32,000 nt of DNA from NCBI RefSeq assembly GCF_002803295.2, contig NZ_PGGB02000003.1, forward strand, positions 90,210 through 122,209. The letters are read 5' to 3'. The notes under the pieces are model-generated. The model was given only the letters and a program-made list of their open reading frames with translations. It did not search any database and was not told the origin of the DNA. The stretch's first letter is position 1. Each line of letters starts with the position of its first letter. This DNA is from Caedibacter taeniospiralis (GTDB lineage Bacteria; Pseudomonadota; Gammaproteobacteria; Francisellales; Francisellaceae). Below, in pieces: positions 26,413-32,000 of this stretch. Position numbers and translations under genes: made by a program.

Positions 26413-26852
26413 TCAGGTTCCTTATCCAAGATCTCTAAAATATCAACATCAAATAAAATCGCCTGTCCTGATAAAGGATGATTAAAATCGACGGTTACGT
26501 CATGTTCGTGGATTTCGGTGATAATGCCAGGAAGCTCGGTGCCATCTTTTTGTGAAAACGCGACGATCAAGCCTTCTTCTAACGCGATATCCAACGGAAA
26601 TCGCTTTTTAGGAACCTCGTAGATCATAGCAGGATGTTTGTTACCAAAAGCCTCTTCTGGCATGAGCATCATTTTGCGATTAATCCCTGCTTCAAGACCC
26701 AGTAAGTCGGACTCAAGTTTCTCAGCAAAAGCTCCCTTGCCCATTTGGAAAATATAGGGTTGATTGTAATTTCTTGTATCTTCTGCAATTGAACCATCTT
26801 TAAGGCGAATTTTAAAATGCATTTTTACAAAGCTGTCTCTTTGTATTTTCAT
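26409..26852 (-). CDS. fkpB: FKBP-type peptidyl-prolyl cis-trans isomerase
   Basis: 147-aa FKBP/SlyD-like ORF (VTVDFNHPLSGQAILFDVDILEI). A 4-nt overlap with ispH reproduces the conserved fkpB-ispH linkage. Confidence 0.8.
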   Translation of the reverse strand: MKIQRDSFVKMHFKIRLKDGSIAEDTRNYNQPYIFQMGKGAFAEKLESDLLGLEAGINRKMMLMPEEAFGNKHPAMIYEVPKKRFPLDIALEEGLIVAFSQKDGTELPGIITEIHEHDVTVDFNHPLSGQAILFDVDILEILDKEPE

Positions 26853-26949
26853 GGAATACCTTCATTGTGCTTTCTTTTGCTTTTCTCCAGTAACTAAGCT
26901 AGAGTTCCAACAGATTGGTAACGCGCACATTCTACGAGATTTATAAAAA

Positions 26950-27741
26950 ATGCACAAATATTCGTTTGCAAAGATGCCAGCAACTTTAGTCAATAAGCTC
27001 ATAGCAGCTTCTTTAAGTTTTTGTTTGACGCTGACGTTTCTTCCTCTCTCTAGTCACTCAGAGAGTTTACAACAACGGTATCATGTTTTTTTGAGTAACT
27101 ATTATTTATCGGATACACCGTTATCTAGCGCAGGGAAAATTATCGCCTCAACAAAGGGAAAAACGCTGATTTCAGTGGGTGACACTATTTATGTCTCACC
27201 GGCAAAAAAAAGTCCAATGTATTATGCTGTTGCCTATGTTCAAAGCATCCCTTATGGCAAGGGAAAAAAAGCAAACTATGATTATCTGTTAAAACGACTT
27301 GGAACAGCAAAATTAAGTGCTGATCGCCAAGATATATTAATTATGCAGATGGCTGATGTTGTTCAGGAAATTAGCTTGGGTGATCACATGCTGCCAGCGG
27401 ATCTGATCAATTCCAAACTCCCCGATCAAGAGCTTATTGCAGATCAGAATATTTCAGGTATTGTCATGCAATTAGAGGATGCGACTAGTTTTGCAGGGAC
27501 TTATCAATCTGTTTTACTCAACATGGGATACGCTTCTGGGTTAAAATTGGGCATGCGTGTCTATTTTGAATCGACACCACAAAAAATTGACGATTACAAC
27601 CTTTCAGGAGGCTATTTAGGTCAGGGATTTATTTATCGTCTGGCAAGTCATCATGCCATAGCATTAGTGACACACGCCAAACAGGAAATTTTGGTTGGCA
27701 GTATTGCTCTTACACAGCTGCCAAAGCGCCATGTTAAATAG
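26950..27741 (+). CDS. secreted hypothetical protein upstream of dprA
   Basis: 263-aa ORF with an N-terminal signal peptide (LIAASLSFCLTLTFLPLSSHS). It occupies the position held by LysM/TsaP-like proteins in many gammaproteobacteria, but I see no LysM motif. Confidence 0.5.
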   Translation: MHKYSFAKMPATLVNKLIAASLSFCLTLTFLPLSSHSESLQQRYHVFLSNYYLSDTPLSSAGKIIASTKGKTLISVGDTIYVSPAKKSPMYYAVAYVQSIPYGKGKKANYDYLLKRLGTAKLSADRQDILIMQMADVVQEISLGDHMLPADLINSKLPDQELIADQNISGIVMQLEDATSFAGTYQSVLLNMGYASGLKLGMRVYFESTPQKIDDYNLSGGYLGQGFIYRLASHHAIALVTHAKQEILVGSIALTQLPKRHVK

Positions 27742-28819
27742 TACTGATTTTGCAATATTGCACACCTTACCACATTTCACATTTGGACACTATCAAAAAC
27801 TCATTGCTGCCAAGATAACGATTTCGGAGCTGCTTAAAAAACCTTGGCTTTACCAGAAGTTTTTGGGTTTAAATGCGCAGACCATCGATTTCATTCGGGA
27901 TGAAAAATACACAGACTATCTTAGTAAAGTGGATTCCTGGCTAAAGCAATCATCAAATCATCACCTTATCCACCATATAGACACAGGTTTTCCATCTCAA
28001 CTTAAACAGATTTCTGATCCACCGCTTAGCCTGTATGCCATTGGTGATATCGCGTTACTTGGCACGTTGCAGCTTGCCGTTGTGGGCACGCGTCACGCAA
28101 GCTTTTACGGTGCTGAAATAATCCATCATCTTATCCCAGAGCTTACTGAATCTAATCTCACCATTACCAGTGGCATGGCCTTGGGGATCGATGCCCTTGC
28201 ACATGAAGAAGCCTTGAAAAACAATGGTAAAACCATCGCCATCTTGGGAACAGGGGTTAATATTTGTTATCCTCCACAAAATCGCAGACTCTACGCTGAG
28301 ATACATTCCAAGGGTTTAGTTATTTCCGAGTTTTTACTCAATCAAGTCCCTAAGCGCTACCACTTCCCTAGGAGAAATCGAATTATCAGCGGTTTAAGTT
28401 TGGGTGTAGTTGTCGTTGAGGCTGCCGATAGAAGTGGCTCATTGATTACTGCCATGCACGCACTAGAACAAAATCGGGAAGTTTTTGCTGTGCCAGGGAA
28501 TATTTTTCATAACGAAAGTCACGGATGTAATAAGCTCATCCAGATGGGGGCTAAGCTCATTAGTTCTGCAGATGACATTATCAGTGAGCTTAACCTAAAG
28601 CAAACATTAAACAATTCAAAACTTAAACCATTTCAGCAATCACTGCTACTTACGCAGGAACAACAGCTCGTATTTGAGAGTATCAGCTCAACCTGTACTA
28701 CTATTGATAAAATCATCGACAATACCAACTTAACATACGCGAAAATTACTGGCATACTGTTTGAGCTTGAGATGGAAGCGCTTATTTGTGCGGTTCCAGG
28801 CGGATATAGACGAGTCTAA
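27731..28819 (+). CDS. dprA: DNA-protecting protein DprA (Smf)
   Basis: LAVVGTRHAS.YG, SGMALGIDALAHEEAL, RNRIISGLSLGVVVVEAADRSGSLITA and FAVPGNI. The ATG at 27731 is preferred over the TTG at 27695. Confidence 0.9.
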   Translation: MLNSTDFAILHTLPHFTFGHYQKLIAAKITISELLKKPWLYQKFLGLNAQTIDFIRDEKYTDYLSKVDSWLKQSSNHHLIHHIDTGFPSQLKQISDPPLSLYAIGDIALLGTLQLAVVGTRHASFYGAEIIHHLIPELTESNLTITSGMALGIDALAHEEALKNNGKTIAILGTGVNICYPPQNRRLYAEIHSKGLVISEFLLNQVPKRYHFPRRNRIISGLSLGVVVVEAADRSGSLITAMHALEQNREVFAVPGNIFHNESHGCNKLIQMGAKLISSADDIISELNLKQTLNNSKLKPFQQSLLLTQEQQLVFESISSTCTTIDKIIDNTNLTYAKITGILFELEMEALICAVPGGYRRV

Positions 28820-28827
28820 AAGGTACC

Positions 28828-29310
28828 ATGAACGATCAACCCCAAATATTACAAATTTTGATGTCATTATTTAATGACTTACCGCATTTAGAAGAGGAAA
28901 TCATTAGAGTCACTAATTCACAAGAACTCTTAAGTGAATTACAAAACAGCGGTCTAAAAGGTCAATCGCTTGAGCGGGCATTTGTATGGCTTGAGCAATT
29001 TACTAAACTGAATGAAAGGACCAAAATCAGTTATCAGCCCGGCACAGCGCGTGTATTTACCAATGCGGAAAAAGCCGTTATCCCTTCGGAGTGCCTGAGC
29101 TTTTTGCTGGAGGCTCATCATATAGGAGAGATTCAATCTCATGAGCTGGAGTTTATTATCGAACAAATCATGACACTAAGCACACATGCCATCACTGAAG
29201 AACAGTTTCTATGGGTTTTTGACATGACCGTGACCAATCAAATGGATGACTCAATGGATGTTGTCATCGGCATTCACGAATTACCAGGCACCTCTTTATA
29301 TATTCACTAA
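28828..29310 (+). CDS. smg: Smg (DUF494) protein
   Basis: 160-aa acidic ORF directly downstream of dprA, as in the conserved dprA-smg pair. Overall resemblance to the DUF494 family. Confidence 0.75.
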   Translation: MNDQPQILQILMSLFNDLPHLEEEIIRVTNSQELLSELQNSGLKGQSLERAFVWLEQFTKLNERTKISYQPGTARVFTNAEKAVIPSECLSFLLEAHHIGEIQSHELEFIIEQIMTLSTHAITEEQFLWVFDMTVTNQMDDSMDVVIGIHELPGTSLYIH

Positions 29311-29330
29311 TCGTCTTACGTTGCCAGTAA

Positions 29331-29397
29331 GGAATCTCAAGTTTAATAAGATGCCCATTTGTTTCGACGGGTAGTAGGGTGGATAAGCCAAAGGCGA
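29331..29397. repeat. half copy of the REP/MITE-like element seen at 19247-19410
   Basis: GGAATCTCAAGTTTAATAAGATGCCCATTTGTTTCGACGGGTAGTAGGGTGGATAAGCCAAAGGCGA aligns with 19251-19316 at roughly 90% identity with one 1-nt indel. It ends abruptly inside the REP hairpin. Confidence 0.65.
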
Positions 29398-29536
29398 TAT
29401 TTTTAATCGTAGCTTTTGGCAGGTTTGCAGCAACTTACATTTGCATTCAAACCACCTCATAAATCCATCTCAATTGCTGTAAATGACTGACTTGTCAGCA
29501 ATTGCGGAAAGAAGATTTTTTTTTGGAAAAAAGCTA

Positions 29537-29565
29537 TTGACTCTAAAATGCTTCATCTATAGAAT
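29537..29565 (+). promoter_or_regulatory. sigma70-type promoter for tRNA-Asn (TTGACT-N17-TAGAAT)
   Basis: The -35 TTGACT (29537-29542) and -10 TAGAAT (29560-29565) have a 17-nt spacer. The -10 ends 18 nt upstream of the tRNA 5' end, and there is an A/T-rich tract upstream. Confidence 0.5.
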
Positions 29566-29583
29566 TGCCTTTCGTTAAGGCAT

Positions 29584-29659
<76 letters not shown>

Positions 29660-29706
29660 TCTAAAAGCCATATCTGGCAACGTATACGAGAATTTAAACA
29701 AAATCT

Positions 29707-30475
29707 GTAACTACCCAGAAGGTTGTTAATTGAACTGAGGTGTTTTGCCGTTAAATACATCCGCAATGGCATCAATAATCTTCCAGCCTTGTTTACGAGC
29801 AGTCGATAGTAAAGTACGAATACGCACAAATTTCTGGGCCCCAGCCTCACTACGAAAGCAACCCGAAACTTTTTGCTTTACCTTCATCATACGCAAGTCA
29901 TTCTCCGCTTGACTATTGGTAAATGGCACCTTAGCATCATAAATAAATCTCAATACCTCAGCTTTATAATCACCTAAGCGCAATAACAAGTTATGCCCTG
30001 TTCTTCGTTTCTTTCTGCCTCTTTTACCAGCATTTTCTAAAGGCATCAAAATCTCGTGATATGTAAGACCGTCCTTGACAATTCGATCATAAATTTTACC
30101 GATCAGGATTTGCTTATCAGGTAAGAGCACTGATTGCTCAGATATATTCACCATTAGTAATTGTTGACTTAAGCTCGCCTTTTTCGCTTACGCTTTTGCT
30201 TTTATTTAGGACGTAACAAACCATCGCTTGAAGGCGGTTTTGAACTGTTGCGACTATTCTTAGAAAGCCGCTTCTTAAGTTGCTCAATCTCCTCTTTTAG
30301 TCGAGCATTTTCACGCTCAAGCGCGTCGATTCTGGTTAATAGCTCTTGAATCATTTTTTTCTAGGGTCGTGTCCATTGGTAAGATTACGCCATACTTATT
30401 TGCAAATGAAAATACCTAATCTGGAAAAATGCCAAAATTCATCATCTATCAAAGTTTAACCTGCTGGGTAGTTAC
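29707..30475 (-). mobile_element. internally deleted IS66-family element (769 bp) with intact terminal inverted repeats
   Basis: 16-nt termini GTAACTACCCAGAAGG (29707-29722) and the reverse complement of CCTGCTGGGTAGTTAC (30460-30475) match 15/16 and begin GTAA. A 50-codon ORF (30202..30354, minus) encodes a leucine zipper plus NSSKPPSSD, as in IS66 TnpC N-termini. ORF 29726..30154 has VPFTNSQAENDLRMMKVKQKVSGCFRS, a TnpC C-terminal motif. The central catalytic part is missing. Confidence 0.75.
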
Positions 30476-30547
30476 AATAAGTCTTTAAAAAAAGTGTCAC
30501 ACCGTATAAACTCTAAAGCATTTGATTTTTCCAGTAACGATATATTT

Positions 30548-31168
30548 ATGCAGGACGTATTTAAAATATATTTCGCCCATCGTACAGTCCAAGTACTGTG
30601 GTTTGTCTTCTTTGCCTTTTTAGCCTTGACCCTTGATCTAGGTGTTTTCAGAACGCACTGGTGGTGGTTGTTTTTACCCATTATTATTGCGCCTTTTTAT
30701 GAATGGTATGCCCATAAATACTTGCTGCATGCGCAATTAAGTAAAAAACCAGGTAAATTTCGTGACTTCCAGATTCGCTTGCATCACGGACATCACCGAC
30801 ATCCACAAAATATTGACCTGCTCTTTGCACCATGGTTAGCTATTATCCTACACCTAACGCAGACTTACGCGTTGTTTGCGTTAATCACATGGAGTTTTGA
30901 TGTTGCCCTTATCCCATTTACCTTTGGCATTTTATATTATCTTTTTTACGAGTGGATGCATTTAGCACATCACACCCCTGCCTACCAACCTAAAACAATA
31001 ATAGGACAAAAGCTGAAACGCGCGCACATGCGTCACCACTTTCATAATGAAAACTATTGCTGGGGCATCACTAATTATTTGGGTGATTTATGCCTTGGAA
31101 CGTTTAAAGAACGTAATGATGTCGCTAAAAGTACGACAGCTACGCATATTTCAGGGTATAGCGAATAA
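30548..31168 (+). CDS. fatty acid hydroxylase / sterol desaturase family membrane protein
   Basis: Histidine boxes HKYLLH, HHGHHRH, HLAHH and HMRHHFH in a 4-TM protein. The ATG at 30548 is preferred over the GTG at 30494. Confidence 0.7.
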   Translation: MQDVFKIYFAHRTVQVLWFVFFAFLALTLDLGVFRTHWWWLFLPIIIAPFYEWYAHKYLLHAQLSKKPGKFRDFQIRLHHGHHRHPQNIDLLFAPWLAIILHLTQTYALFALITWSFDVALIPFTFGILYYLFYEWMHLAHHTPAYQPKTIIGQKLKRAHMRHHFHNENYCWGITNYLGDLCLGTFKERNDVAKSTTATHISGYSE

Positions 31169-31293
31169 CCCAATTTTATCCCGATATAGCTAACCGTAAT
31201 CCTCTGGTTACTAAAAAACTTTAATGAAGGTTTGCCTTATCTTAGGCAATTCTAGATAATGGCGAAATATTTATTCCTAAACGCCTGTGTAGC

Positions 31294-32000
31294 ATGTCCA
31301 TCTTAGACAAAAAAGCCTATTTACAAGAAGTACTTGAATTTACCTCAGCACAATTACACAAGAAAAACCTTGATGCTTTCGAGATCAGTTGCAGCTATGA
31401 TCAAGGTCATGCCATCTCCGCTCGCGATCAGCTGACTGAAACACTTGAATTTAACGTCACCCAGCAAATGAGTGTGACGGTATATCATCACGGAAAAACA
31501 GGCTATGCAGAGACTTCCGATCTAAGTGAAAAAAGCATCTTAGCTATTATTGACAATGCCAAAACCATTGCAACTTATACCGAAAATGATCCTTTTTGTG
31601 GAATTGTTGATAAAAAATTTCTGTGCACACCACAAGAGATGCCATCGCTCTATAAACCAATAGCTGACTTTAGCATTAATCACCTTATTGAGCATGCCAA
31701 AAATTGCGAGCACATTGCGCTAAAACACAAAGGCATTGATCATTCAGAGGGTGTTGATATCGATAGCTTTGAAATCCTGCATGGCTTTGCCAACAGTCAT
31801 GGCTTTTTGCATGTTTATCCTGAAACACGACACAGTTTAGGTATAGGACTCATTGCCAAAGATCAGCATGGCATGCAGCGAGATAGTGCTTATTTTAGTG
31901 CTCATGATTTTGCTGCTCTACCCAACATTCATGAAATTGCACAGCTTGCAATCAAACGCACGTTGGATAGAAGAAATCCGCGACGCATCAAAAGTCAAAA
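31294..32000 (+). CDS. pmbA: metalloprotease PmbA (TldE), 5' part; the ORF runs off the window
   Basis: My own translation from the ATG at 31294 is MSILDKKAYLQEVLEF...VTVYHHGKTGYAETSDLSEKSILAIIDNAKTIATYTENDPFCGI...HSEGVDIDSF...GFANSHGF, collinear with E. coli PmbA. It is absent from the ORF track because there is no stop codon in the window. Confidence 0.85.
   Translation, partial: MSILDKKAYLQEVLEFTSAQLHKKNLDAFEISCSYDQGHAISARDQLTETLEFNVTQQMSVTVYHHGKTGYAETSDLSEKSILAIIDNAKTIATYTENDPFCGIVDKKFLCTPQEMPSLYKPIADFSINHLIEHAKNCEHIALKHKGIDHSEGVDIDSFEILHGFANSHGFLHVYPETRHSLGIGLIAKDQHGMQRDSAYFSAHDFAALPNIHEIAQLAIKRTLDRRNPRRIKSQ

Overview
32-kb chromosomal window, about 40% GC by eye, from a gammaproteobacterium. 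Gene content, AT-rich effector-like genes and the repeat types suggest a Legionellales-type organism, but that is inference only. Backbone genes: coaE; the complete cyoABCDE operon (cytochrome bo3 ubiquinol oxidase plus heme O synthase); an arn-like lipid A aminoarabinose cluster (arnE/F-like, arnB, arnC, stand-alone arnA decarboxylase domain); rpiA, purH, an S41 C-terminal processing protease, tcdA, pssA, ispH, fkpB, dprA, smg, tRNA-Asn, a fatty-acid-hydroxylase-family membrane protein and the 5' part of pmbA. Accessory or decayed material: (1) an eroded Wadjet (JetABCD/MksBEFG-type) anti-plasmid locus at 16.07-18.93 kb, with jetA broken by three frameshifts, jetB intact, and almost all of jetC plus the N-terminal half of jetD deleted; (2) an orphan effector-like gene (or split gene pair) at 13.9-15.9 kb with a 108-bp / 36-aa tandem repeat array; (3) a low-GC POT peptide transporter plus N-formylglutamate-amidohydrolase-like module bordered by IS debris; (4) an internally deleted IS66-family element with intact terminal inverted repeats next to tRNA-Asn, and a 5'-truncated IS4-family transposase; (5) two families of intergenic palindromic repeats, one of which starts 0-1 nt after a neighbouring gene's stop codon in two independent copies. 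I found no intact novel multi-gene system. The best candidates for something undescribed are the repeat-containing effector-like gene and the stop-codon-abutting composite palindromic elements. All family assignments come from motif recognition by eye and need profile searches.
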